Virus record (IMG/VR): IMGVR_UViG_3300021185_001461
Coordinates: 1-64,000 of that record
DNA from: a virus
Reading direction: 5' to 3' (one strand)
Length of the DNA stretch: 64,000 nt
The position numbers were made by a program, and so were the translations under genes. Below are positions 39,344 to 48,657 of the stretch, in pieces. Positions within the stretch are counted from its first letter, which is position 1. Each line of letters starts with the position of its first letter. The notes under the pieces were generated by a model that saw only the letters and a program-made list of their open reading frames with translations, was not told the DNA's origin and did no database searches.

Positions 39344-39712
39344 TTACGCTAAAACTTTTATTTCGTCAACCTTTTTAAATCCAAAATCTGCAACAACGTG
39401 TTTTACACCGTCTGTGCCTTCAACAATATCACCAACACTAAGACTGTGCATAGGTGCTAATCTTTCAATTAATTCTTCTGGACCCATGTTACCTACATGG
39501 AAAACACCTTCAAGATCTTCAGCAGTAATATTACTAACATGTGTATAATATCCTCTGTTGAATGCATCTGCAGAAATTTCATTTATATCATTTTTTCCAA
39601 AATTCATACTCAACCTTAGAGAATTTTTATGAACTGCGTCATGTCCTTCATCGTTAATAATATCGATTTCAGCATCTGTTAATCTAATTTGATATACTTT
39701 AAATTTTTCCAT
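39344..39712 (-). CDS. YodL-like domain protein
   Basis: KVYQI...DLE.VF..GN...MHSLSVGDIV...DFGF. Confidence 0.65.
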   Translation of the reverse strand: MEKFKVYQIRLTDAEIDIINDEGHDAVHKNSLRLSMNFGKNDINEISADAFNRGYYTHVSNITAEDLEGVFHVGNMGPEELIERLAPMHSLSVGDIVEGTDGVKHVVADFGFKKVDEIKVLA

Positions 39713-39714
39713 TG

Positions 39715-40224
39715 TTATACTCCTATGTTGTTAAATTCAGTTTTCATACTGTATGGTAATCCAAGACTATAACAAATATAGTCTGCATCTTTTTCATTGT
39801 CAAGTTCTTCTGCTTGCAATATCCAACGAATAGCGTCTTTACGAGTTTGACCCATATCCATGTATTTTTTAATTGAAGATTCAAACTTAGAAACTGCGTC
39901 TGCTTCCCATTTAGCTTCTTCTTCCATTTGTTCTTTAACTGCTACAGAAATTCTATCAGCTTCATTTTTAAGATCTTGTGTAGTCATTGCTTCAAAATTA
40001 TAATGACGACCTTTTGTACCATAAGCATCTTTATGACCTTCGTAAATATAAGTTGCTAACTCATCACGTTCAAGCTCTACGAGATTAGTAATACCACGTT
40101 CAATCCAATAAGCCTCATCTTCAGGATACATACCTGACCAACTACCTGGATTTGCTTCCATCCAAGCCTTAGCTTTGATATTACGTGATTTAATTTCTGC
40201 AATTAGTTCTTTCATTATGCCCAC
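39715..40224 (-). CDS. Hypothetical early protein
   Basis: 169 aa; HKDAYG.K.R motif. Confidence 0.65.
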   Translation of the reverse strand: MGIMKELIAEIKSRNIKAKAWMEANPGSWSGMYPEDEAYWIERGITNLVELERDELATYIYEGHKDAYGTKGRHYNFEAMTTQDLKNEADRISVAVKEQMEEEAKWEADAVSKFESSIKKYMDMGQTRKDAIRWILQAEELDNEKDADYICYSLGLPYSMKTEFNNIGV

Positions 40225-40607
40225 TCTCCTATACCTTCATGCATTGCATGAATACAAATTTTATAATTTTCTTGTGTAGGCTTCAAACCATTTTGTTTAC
40301 ACAATTTCTTTGCTTGAGGAGTCATAAAACCTTTTTCCTCTAACATACTTAAAGGTGACTTACCAGCTTTGTAACCTTCAGCAAATTCTTCAACTGTAAA
40401 GTTTTTAACTAGGAAGTTCTTAAAAGCACCTTGAAAGAACACATACTTAAACCTAGCAATAAAAAGTTCTACTGGCATACCAATACGTGAAGGATGAATT
40501 TTATCCTTACCATATACTTCTTCATATGTAGGTTGACCTTCATATGTACCATTATACATCAAATATCCACCGTGGTAACTAAATTTTGTTTTATCAAATT
40601 GTGTCAT
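40215..40607 (-). CDS. Hypothetical early protein
   Basis: 130 aa; AAGGAG RBS; first gene after an early promoter. Confidence 0.7.
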   Translation of the reverse strand: MTQFDKTKFSYHGGYLMYNGTYEGQPTYEEVYGKDKIHPSRIGMPVELFIARFKYVFFQGAFKNFLVKNFTVEEFAEGYKAGKSPLSMLEEKGFMTPQAKKLCKQNGLKPTQENYKICIHAMHEGIGEWA

Positions 40608-40639
40608 TTGTTGCTCCTTTTTTTATTAACTATACTTAT

Positions 40640-40668
40640 AGTATACGGTAAGATGTCTTACTTGTCAA
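40640..40668 (-). promoter_or_regulatory. Early sigma70 promoter with palindromic spacer
   Basis: TTGACA-17-TATACT; GTAAGATGTCTTAC at 40648-40661; near-identical to 12062-12113. Confidence 0.85.
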
Positions 40669-40680
40669 CCTTTTCAGTCA

Positions 40681-40730
40681 TAAAAAAACCCTGTAAAATC
40701 AAAGACTTACAGGGTTTTTATTTTTTTTTT
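40681..40730. terminator. Terminator (possibly bidirectional)
   Basis: AAAAACCCTGTAA...TTACAGGGTTTTT. Confidence 0.8.
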
Positions 40731-40752
40731 GGCTTTTATTTAATTTTTTTTG

Positions 40753-41724
40753 CTATTTTTCGTTAATTTGACGTTCAAATTCTCTTAAACGTTTGAATAC
40801 ACTCATTAACTCAATAAGTGTTGGCCACGCTCTGAAGAGATATTGCATACTGCCTTCTACTCTTCCAAATGCACGAATAATCTGTTGCATTACACCAAGT
40901 GTTACTACACCTGCTACAATAGCCGGTGCTAAGAACACATATGCACTTAGTACGTTTGCTTGTAAGTATGTAATACGTCCAACATTAAAATACAAGTAAC
41001 GCAAATAAGACTTAAAGTGAATACCACGAACATCTTGGAAAAGTTCGTTAATAGTTTTTGGTCTTACTGTTGCATCGTCTTCTGCAATAACAAGTATTTT
41101 TCTGTATGCCGCTTCTTTTTTCTGCAAATCATATTCAACACCAACTAAGCGTAATATCCAACCTAGTGCTATTAAGAATAATGTTCCGCCCACTGACCAA
41201 ACAATAGCACCTGTAACAAGTCCATATTGCCAATCACCAAAGAAGAAGATAGGAATACCTACTGATAGTCCTAATAGAATAGGAACGAACTGTACTAGAA
41301 CCATTATTGATTCAATAAAACTTGTACCTAATCCTTCCATAATACGACTAAACTTAATCGTATCTTCTTGTACCCTTTGTGCGGCACCTTCAATAGTTCT
41401 AGCTTTGTCATATACTGAATGATACCATTCTACCATTGCAGTACGCCATCTAAATAGATAGTGTGCAGTAAAGTAACTTACTACAACCGCAATACCTACA
41501 TATATAGCCGCTAGGTATAAGAAACTTGCTAAACTACTCCAATACTCACCTATAGTGATTGCATTAGGTGTTGCTAGGGCTTTCTGGATCATATCATAGA
41601 ATTGACCGAACCATTCGTTAATTTTAACATCAATTTCGACTTGTACCCAAAGTGATGATAAAATTATTGCGGAACCTACCCAGGACCACAAAAGCCATTT
41701 CTTTTCTGTAAAAAATCTAAACAT
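40753..41724 (-). CDS. sbmA: SbmA/BacA-like peptide transporter
   Basis: V.INEWFG.FYD.IQ.AL, HY.FRWRTAM, IEGAAQRVQEDT, Q..EAAYRK.LV..ED, F..V..S.QYL...W.T..EL.S..KRL..FE; likely start MFRFF. Confidence 0.88.
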   Translation of the reverse strand: MFRFFTEKKWLLWSWVGSAIILSSLWVQVEIDVKINEWFGQFYDMIQKALATPNAITIGEYWSSLASFLYLAAIYVGIAVVVSYFTAHYLFRWRTAMVEWYHSVYDKARTIEGAAQRVQEDTIKFSRIMEGLGTSFIESIMVLVQFVPILLGLSVGIPIFFFGDWQYGLVTGAIVWSVGGTLFLIALGWILRLVGVEYDLQKKEAAYRKILVIAEDDATVRPKTINELFQDVRGIHFKSYLRYLYFNVGRITYLQANVLSAYVFLAPAIVAGVVTLGVMQQIIRAFGRVEGSMQYLFRAWPTLIELMSVFKRLREFERQINEK

Positions 41725-41836
41725 AGTGTTTATCCTTATATAAATGCAGAATATTAACTGCATACATAACTATTTAGCCTTTTCTACGATGGGTTATTAT
41801 AAAAATGGATAAATACAATATAACAAGGAAAACCAC

Positions 41837-42904
41837 ATGCCAAGACTCAGTTTATACAAACCCTATAAGGGAAACGATTACACTTTTATGGATCATGCGA
41901 TCCGTGAACAGTTTGATATAGGTGGAACAGGTATACATGTACACAAATACCTAGGACCAGATGTACAAAACAAAAGTAATGACCCAAGTGAGCCTAATTA
42001 TGGCAGTGGATTAGAGATTGATAACATAACAGGTGAAGAAATTAATCCTGATGGATTAATAGACGAAACTAATATACAAGACTTGTTGTTTATGGAAAAC
42101 AGAGATCGTAAGTACGATCCAGATGTTTATGAACTACGTGGTGTATATAATGTTAGTGATAATGACTTTGATTTAACACAATTTGGTTTGTTTTTAACAA
42201 ACGATACGTTGTTTATTAGTTTTCATATTAATGACATGGTAGAACGTATGGGGCGTAGACTTATGCCCGGTGATGTAATTGAATTACCTCATTTACGTGA
42301 TGAATTATTACTTACTAACGACAGAGATGCTATTAATAAGTTTTACGTTGTACAAGATGCTGCAAGAGGAAGTGAAGGATTTTCACAAACTTGGTATCCA
42401 CACATTTGGCGTGTTAAAGTAGCACCATTAACAGATACACAAGAATACGCAGATATACTTGGTACTGCTGATAATCCAGATAGTCTTAAAAATGATATTA
42501 GTTCTTACAAAACAGAACTTAACATTAGTAATGCTATTGTTAAAAGTGCTGAAGCAGCCAATCCAAATAACTTACCACTAGCTGATCATTTATTTGGTGT
42601 AGAAGATAATAGTACAACATATGAACATGGTGAAGTGTTACAACAAGGTGATCAATTTCCTGCTCAACCAAGCGAAGGTGAGTATTTTGTGAGAACAGAT
42701 TTTACGCCTAACAGACTTTTTGTTAGACGAGGAAGCAAATGGCACAGATTATACGATAATATTACTGAGCAAACATGGAGTGATAGAACTTATAATGCAA
42801 GTGGATTTATTAACAATGATACAACAACTATAGTTAATAATCAAGAAACTCCAGAGAAACAACCCCTGTCTCAGGTAATTAAACCAAAGAGTGATTTTGA
42901 ATAA
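41837..42904 (+). CDS. gp14: Neck/head-closure protein (gp14-like)
   Basis: IQDLLFMENRDRKYD, L.QFGLF, GDVIELPH; precedes gp15. Confidence 0.75.
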   Translation: MPRLSLYKPYKGNDYTFMDHAIREQFDIGGTGIHVHKYLGPDVQNKSNDPSEPNYGSGLEIDNITGEEINPDGLIDETNIQDLLFMENRDRKYDPDVYELRGVYNVSDNDFDLTQFGLFLTNDTLFISFHINDMVERMGRRLMPGDVIELPHLRDELLLTNDRDAINKFYVVQDAARGSEGFSQTWYPHIWRVKVAPLTDTQEYADILGTADNPDSLKNDISSYKTELNISNAIVKSAEAANPNNLPLADHLFGVEDNSTTYEHGEVLQQGDQFPAQPSEGEYFVRTDFTPNRLFVRRGSKWHRLYDNITEQTWSDRTYNASGFINNDTTTIVNNQETPEKQPLSQVIKPKSDFE

Positions 42905-44262
42905 TGGCACAACAATACTTTTACGATAAACAAATTAGAAGATACATTCAACAGTTTATAAGACTGTTTAGTGGATTCAATGTACAAATGGGAAAAAACG
43001 ATAACGACCTTCCTATATTTCAACAAGTACCTGTACGCTATGGTGACATTAATAGAATGGCTGCACACATAACAAGAGAGAATAGTGAGAACATTGTTAA
43101 CACTGTTCCGTTTATTAGTTGTTATGTAACATCATTAGATATGTTTGCTGAAAGACGTACATATCAAGATCACGTAGACAAAGTTCAAGTAAACGAAAAG
43201 AAATACAATCAAGCAACTGGAGAATATGTTAACGAATTAGGTAATCAATATACAGTTGAAAGACACGCACCTGTTCCTTATATGTTAGTAATGAACTGTG
43301 ATGTTTGGACTTCAAATACAGATCAAAAACTACAACTCATGGAACAAATACTAGTATTGTTTAACCCAACATTAGATATTAGAACCAATGATAGTCCAGT
43401 TGACTGGACTTCTTTAAGTCATGTTGAATTAACTAATACAACTTGGAGTACTAGAAGTGTGGGATCAAGTATTGACGATATTATTGATGTTGCCACACTA
43501 ACTTTTAATATTCCTATATATATTACTCCACCAGCAAAATTAAAACAACAAAAACTAATTCATACTATTATTAGTGAACTATATAGTTTAGATGACGATG
43601 ACTTGGATAACTTTAAAGAACAAAAAGTATTTGATAAAGACTCATTGAAGTATACTATTGTCACCTACAAAGATAGAAAAGTTAAATATGAAAATGGTAA
43701 TTTACAATTATTAAACGATAAGGGTGCAAATTTAGACGACGATGGATTAGTATTAGAATGGGACAAAGCATTATTACCATTTGGTACATTAAGATCTGGA
43801 ATAAGTCAATTAAGACTTAGAAAAGGAAGCGATATTAGTGATAAAGACAATGATATTATTGGTAGATTAGAAGAGCATCCAAGTGATCCTAACTTATTAA
43901 GTGTTACTATAGATAATTCTACATTGCCTACAAATACACTAACGGCTGTTGATGCTATAGTCGATCCAAGTAAAAATTATCCCGGAGACGGAAGTGTTCC
44001 TTCAGCAGTTACAGGACAACGTTACGTTGTATTAGAAAGTACTCCTATAAATGCATTATGGACTAATGTAGTTGCAAATAAAAATGACATTATAGAATAC
44101 AACGGTACCGCATGGACTGTTAGTTTTGATAGCTCTACTAATAATACAACTCAATACGTAACGAATGTTTCAAGTAACGATCAGCTTGAATGGAATGGAT
44201 CAGAGTGGATTAACAGTTATGAAGGAATTTATAATTCTGGATACTGGCGAATATATCTGTAA
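42904..44262 (+). CDS. gp15: Tail terminator/sheath stabiliser (gp15-like) with C-terminal extension
   Basis: YFYDKQIRRY..QF.RLFS, VPVRYG, PVPY, EQIL.LFNP. Confidence 0.85.
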   Translation: MAQQYFYDKQIRRYIQQFIRLFSGFNVQMGKNDNDLPIFQQVPVRYGDINRMAAHITRENSENIVNTVPFISCYVTSLDMFAERRTYQDHVDKVQVNEKKYNQATGEYVNELGNQYTVERHAPVPYMLVMNCDVWTSNTDQKLQLMEQILVLFNPTLDIRTNDSPVDWTSLSHVELTNTTWSTRSVGSSIDDIIDVATLTFNIPIYITPPAKLKQQKLIHTIISELYSLDDDDLDNFKEQKVFDKDSLKYTIVTYKDRKVKYENGNLQLLNDKGANLDDDGLVLEWDKALLPFGTLRSGISQLRLRKGSDISDKDNDIIGRLEEHPSDPNLLSVTIDNSTLPTNTLTAVDAIVDPSKNYPGDGSVPSAVTGQRYVVLESTPINALWTNVVANKNDIIEYNGTAWTVSFDSSTNNTTQYVTNVSSNDQLEWNGSEWINSYEGIYNSGYWRIYL

Positions 44263-44311
44263 AATTGACGACCCGTGCGATGATTGTACTCACTGGATAG
44301 GACATATATGA
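44219..44311 (+). CDS. Candidate 30-aa peptide MKEFIILDTGEYICKIDDPCDDCTHWIGHI
   Basis: Overlaps the gp15 3' end by 44 nt; its TGA overlaps the NUDIX ATG (ATGA). Confidence 0.35.
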   Translation: MKEFIILDTGEYICKIDDPCDDCTHWIGHI

Positions 44312-44739
44312 TAACAGCAAGCGGATGTATATTTTTAAGTATAGATACTGGCAGAGTAATGCTACAACAAAGAAGTGGCGAAGTTAATCATCCTAGAACA
44401 TGGGGCTTTTTTGGTGGTAAATCAGAAGGCAATGAGAGACCTATTGAAACTTTATATAGAGAAATAGAAGAAGAAGTAGGAATAGTTCCATCTATTGAAA
44501 AGGTTATTCCTTTAAACAAATTTACAAGTCCTAATAAGAAATTTATATATCACAGTTTTGTTGTTACAGTAGAAGATGAGTTCATTCCTGTACTAAACAA
44601 CGAAAGTGATGGATATTGTTGGGTTAAAATTGGGAATTGGCCTAGACCTGTTCATCCAGGAGCAAAGATACAATTTAATTCAAAACAGTTTATTAAGAAA
44701 CTTAGAACTGTACACACACATCAAACAAAACAAAAATAA
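44308..44739 (+). CDS. NUDIX hydrolase
   Basis: WGFFGG..EGNE....LYREIEEEVG Nudix box; likely start MITASG. Confidence 0.9.
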   Translation: MITASGCIFLSIDTGRVMLQQRSGEVNHPRTWGFFGGKSEGNERPIETLYREIEEEVGIVPSIEKVIPLNKFTSPNKKFIYHSFVVTVEDEFIPVLNNESDGYCWVKIGNWPRPVHPGAKIQFNSKQFIKKLRTVHTHQTKQK

Positions 44740-44740
44740 C

Positions 44741-45823
44741 TTATCGTTTTTTCATACTAGCAACAAACTGTTCACGTAACCATTCAAAGTCATTAATTTT
44801 ATTTAATGCTTCTGTATTGTCTTTGTGTTCAAGTCCATATGCTTTGCCTTCGTTTGCACCTTTAAGACAATAGCGTCCAAAACGTCCACCGTTGTCTACA
44901 GTTGTCCAAGTTTCAAGTCTTGCATCTGTTTCTTCTTGTTTTTGATTAGGGTTTACAGAACTTGCTAGTTTAACACATTCACGGAATGCACTACGCCATG
45001 TTCTATATGGGTCTTTATTGAATCGTGTAATATTTGATATATCACTAATTGGTTGATAAAATGCTACGCCTGTTGTATAATCTGGCAATGTGTGTCCTAA
45101 TGATAGTAACTGTTCGCGTGGGAATAATTTAACACCACCATAACCGTATTCTAAATCATTAATTGGATTTCTTGCACTCCATACAAATGTTGTATTTTTT
45201 CTACTACTCATTGGTGGAATATAATCAAAACTAAAATGCCCTGTTATGTCTGCATCAGCATCAACAATATATACCATTTCTGATTTTGCTAATTCTCCTG
45301 CACGTTTATGTGCATTACCAATGCCTTCTACATTCTTTACGTGTTGTGCATCTTTGAATCTATCTCTTAATTTTTGGAAATTTTCATCTGCTTCTGCTTC
45401 GTGAAAACTAATCATGAATATATCAAACTCTGCTACATGATAGCTTGATACAAGTTTGTTTTGCAGTACTCCATGTGATACTCCATGTGTAGGAACTAAA
45501 TGAATATCACCCCAACTAACTGGTCTGCTAGTTCGTTTAACTACTCTAGGAAACGTATGGATAAAACTCTTTCCAATTTCTCCATCGGGTCTGTATTGCC
45601 ATGCAAAATTTGGATTTACTTCAATTTCATCAAATACTACCCAAACCATATCATGTGTATCTTTATATTTGGATGCTACTTCAAGTAATGCACCTTCGTC
45701 TGTTAATTTGATAGGTGTTTTAACTACTGGATATGAATCGAACATAAACCTTTTTAATCTATCCCAAGGTGTTACAACACTTTGCCCTTGGAATTCTTTG
45801 TTTCTATTAATTAAATTAATCAT
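44741..45823 (-). CDS. Glycosyltransferase (GT-A)-like protein
   Basis: DIFMISFHE..ADENF, GI.NAHK, IVDAD, N.LEYGYGGVKL; likely start MINLIN. Confidence 0.65.
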   Translation of the reverse strand: MINLINRNKEFQGQSVVTPWDRLKRFMFDSYPVVKTPIKLTDEGALLEVASKYKDTHDMVWVVFDEIEVNPNFAWQYRPDGEIGKSFIHTFPRVVKRTSRPVSWGDIHLVPTHGVSHGVLQNKLVSSYHVAEFDIFMISFHEAEADENFQKLRDRFKDAQHVKNVEGIGNAHKRAGELAKSEMVYIVDADADITGHFSFDYIPPMSSRKNTTFVWSARNPINDLEYGYGGVKLFPREQLLSLGHTLPDYTTGVAFYQPISDISNITRFNKDPYRTWRSAFRECVKLASSVNPNQKQEETDARLETWTTVDNGGRFGRYCLKGANEGKAYGLEHKDNTEALNKINDFEWLREQFVASMKKR

Positions 45824-46466
45824 TGCAATCGCCCTTAATTGTATATGCACGTGTTCCTATATGTGCTATTCTGTCACTTACATCGTGACTAACATATACG
45901 CTATAACCATTGTCATGTGCTAGGTTACAAAAGTATATATCTTCTCCTACTAATTCAGTATAGCTTTCGTTATACTCAATCTTATAATGAGGTCGAGAAA
46001 TATTTTCGTATACTTCTCTTTTTACTAACATCATTCCGCTTCCAACTGCCCATACTTGTTCGTTTCCTTTTCCTGTAAAAACTCTACTATCTAAATTGTT
46101 TTTACTTTTAAAAGCAACCGGCCTGTGTGGCGGGACTCTTGTTGAGTAATTTCCAGCGACAATATCTTTGTCTGCTGCTAATAATATATTTAGCGTATCT
46201 ACTGGAAATTGCATATCTGCGTCAATCCACATAATGTGAGTGCAATCTGTTTCTAGTGCTTGATCTACTAACTGTTGTCTTTGCATTGCTACTTCACTGC
46301 CCATATTAAAATGCAATGAAGTTGCAAGTCCAGTCTCGCCACACTTTTTTTGAAGCATGGCTAAACTATAAGCAAAGACCGCCGTAGTTTGATTCTGCAC
46401 AGGAACACAAATGGCTACATTCGCGGAATTGTCTTTCTTGTAATAATGGTTAGTTACACTGACCAT
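45816..46466 (-). CDS. Family 2-like glycosyltransferase
   Basis: ICVP, MWIDADM (DxD), GSGMMLVKREV, GEDIYFC, H.G. Confidence 0.8.
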   Translation of the reverse strand: MVSVTNHYYKKDNSANVAICVPVQNQTTAVFAYSLAMLQKKCGETGLATSLHFNMGSEVAMQRQQLVDQALETDCTHIMWIDADMQFPVDTLNILLAADKDIVAGNYSTRVPPHRPVAFKSKNNLDSRVFTGKGNEQVWAVGSGMMLVKREVYENISRPHYKIEYNESYTELVGEDIYFCNLAHDNGYSVYVSHDVSDRIAHIGTRAYTIKGDCND

Positions 46467-46469
46467 TAA

Positions 46470-46892
46470 TTACTTTTCAGAAGCTAGTTCTGACTGAAGT
46501 TCAGCTTCAATTTGCTGTACTTCAAAATTCAATTGTTTAGCAATTGAAGTTGTTTCTTTAACACATGCCGCAAAGGCTTCGTCTTCCAACGCTACCATAT
46601 AATTCATGTGTTCTGGTTGTACTTTACCAATTGTTAAAATATCAACCGCTGCCAATTTTGCTAAACGGTGTACCCAATATTCTTCTTCAGTATCATTGAT
46701 GTTAGACAGTAATGCATCTACATCATGCTCTGCACTAAAGTTTGCATAAACTTCTTCTAATACTTGAAGATCTGGGTGTTGTTGTTCTCTAGCCTGCATA
46801 AGTTCTTGTGTTAATGCATGTGCTTTTCTTGCCGGTGTTGGGTGTGCCCCAAGCACGAACGTTTCAATTTCAAAACGTGTTCTAATACTCAT
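46470..46892 (-). CDS. Hypothetical helical protein
   Basis: 140 aa with AGGAG RBS. Confidence 0.65.
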   Translation of the reverse strand: MSIRTRFEIETFVLGAHPTPARKAHALTQELMQAREQQHPDLQVLEEVYANFSAEHDVDALLSNINDTEEEYWVHRLAKLAAVDILTIGKVQPEHMNYMVALEDEAFAACVKETTSIAKQLNFEVQQIEAELQSELASEK

Positions 46893-47007
46893 TGTTTTCT
46901 CCTGTGTTGAGTTTACTTGTGTAATTCATCTAAGTTATTTTACTATAAAATAATAACGTTGTCAAGTTAATAACAACGTTATTATTAGTTTTATTTACCT
47001 ATTCAAA

Positions 47008-47193
47008 TTAAGCGTCTGCGCCAGTTGAATTTGGATTCTGCCATCCGCCAAACGTAGCTGAAAGCTGAATGTTTGATGTTACTGATGGTGAAATAGTATT
47101 TCCTAATGTAGACATAGCGATGTTTCCACTTAGTCCAAAATAGTTACGTACTTGTCCCATACTAATAATGGATCCGGTTGCTGGTAATGCCAT
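47008..47193 (-). CDS. Small tail-fibre-associated protein
   Basis: MALPATGSIISMGQVRNYFG resembles the MALP.SG.IS N-terminus of fibre-tip proteins; AAGGAG RBS. Confidence 0.6.
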   Translation of the reverse strand: MALPATGSIISMGQVRNYFGLSGNIAMSTLGNTISPSVTSNIQLSATFGGWQNPNSTGADA

Positions 47194-47285
47194 AGTGTGA
47201 CTCCTTGCTTGTAATTATCGATAATCGCAGGCTTATTGCTTGCAGTTGTATTTATCTAAAATATATAATTGCTTATATTAGTATA

Positions 47286-48629
47286 TTATTCTTTTGATGA
47301 TTGTATATCTGATATTTGCTTTTGTAAATTCTCAATAGTCTGTTGTTGCTCTTTAATTGCTTCAATTAATAAGCCTGCAATATTTCCATATGCTACAGAC
47401 TTCATTCCTTCAGCGTCAGTGTGAACTACTTCTGGTAAAAATTCTTCTACTTCTTGTGCAATAACACCAGTACTGTGTCTACCGTCTTTTTCAAAATTTA
47501 CACCTCTTAAACAGTTAACTAAATCAACTGCATTACTTATTGTTTCTACATTTCTTTTTAATCTTGCATCTGAGTATGCCGTAACATCTTGTGTTGCAAT
47601 AATATTTCCATCAACATTAAAATCTCCTGTGTATGAACCATCCATTGAAAATTCTGTTCCAACTAATTGTAAACCTTCTCCTGCTGTGTAAGTAGTATCA
47701 CCAGTGTTAGAATAGTTACTTGCATGAATTGTTCCTGCACTTGCTGACGTCCAATCAATATGTTCGTTTGCTACAAAATCTGCAAAACCATCGTGTGTTA
47801 ATGCCGCTATTTGATTTGTTATTGTTGTACTAAAGTTAGCATCATCGCCAAGTGCTGCGGCTAATTCGTTTAATGTGTCTAGTGTTGCTGGTGCAGTATC
47901 TACTAAGTTTGCGATTGCAGTATCTGTGTATGTATTTGCGTCTGTTTCTGCTGTGTCAACATATGTTTCTGTTGCATAAGTAGTACCGCCGCCTCCGGCT
48001 AATAATGCACTAACTCTTGCGTCTGTGTAATATAAGTTAGTACCTTCTGATAAATTTGTTGTTGACTTTGCACTAAATCCTGCGTCAACTCTAGCATCAG
48101 CTCTTGCATCTGTGTAATATAAGTTTGTACCTTCAGCAATATCGTCTGTATCTAATGCACCTGTTCCTGAAGTTATTGCACTGTCAACATATGATTTAGT
48201 TGCGGCGTGAAGAGCATTTGTTGGTGCTCCACTTAATGTTAATAGTCCTGTTAATACTCCACCGCTTAGTGGTAATACTGTTGCAATTTGCGTATCTGTA
48301 TATGTGTTTGCTGATATTTCAGCTGCATCTGTATATAAATTCGAAGTAGCGATTGCATCTGCTTCGGCTGTATCTGCATAAGTTTCTATTGCAGTTTGTC
48401 TAGCTGCTGTATAAAATAAATTTGTGGAACCTTCAGTAAGATTATCAGTATTAATTGAATCTTCAATTGCATCATTAATATCTACATTTTTTAATGTAAT
48501 TGTACTACCATCATGTGTTAGCACATCAGTTCCATTAATTTGTAATCTATCTAAATTACTACTAGTGGAAATACCTGCCGTTGCATCTGTATCTTCAATT
48601 ACTTTGTCTGTTCCTATATAAAAAGCCAT
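47286..48629 (-). CDS. Tail fibre protein with C-terminal peptidase S74 intramolecular chaperone
   Basis: AYSDARLK, GVIAQEVE..LPE.V, VAYGN..GLLIEAIKE; EGxxNLYYT and LDTLNELAAALGDD repeats. Confidence 0.88.
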   Translation of the reverse strand: MAFYIGTDKVIEDTDATAGISTSSNLDRLQINGTDVLTHDGSTITLKNVDINDAIEDSINTDNLTEGSTNLFYTAARQTAIETYADTAEADAIATSNLYTDAAEISANTYTDTQIATVLPLSGGVLTGLLTLSGAPTNALHAATKSYVDSAITSGTGALDTDDIAEGTNLYYTDARADARVDAGFSAKSTTNLSEGTNLYYTDARVSALLAGGGGTTYATETYVDTAETDANTYTDTAIANLVDTAPATLDTLNELAAALGDDANFSTTITNQIAALTHDGFADFVANEHIDWTSASAGTIHASNYSNTGDTTYTAGEGLQLVGTEFSMDGSYTGDFNVDGNIIATQDVTAYSDARLKRNVETISNAVDLVNCLRGVNFEKDGRHSTGVIAQEVEEFLPEVVHTDAEGMKSVAYGNIAGLLIEAIKEQQQTIENLQKQISDIQSSKE

Positions 48630-48657
48630 CGCTCTTTCTCCGTTCTATTTAATGTAT

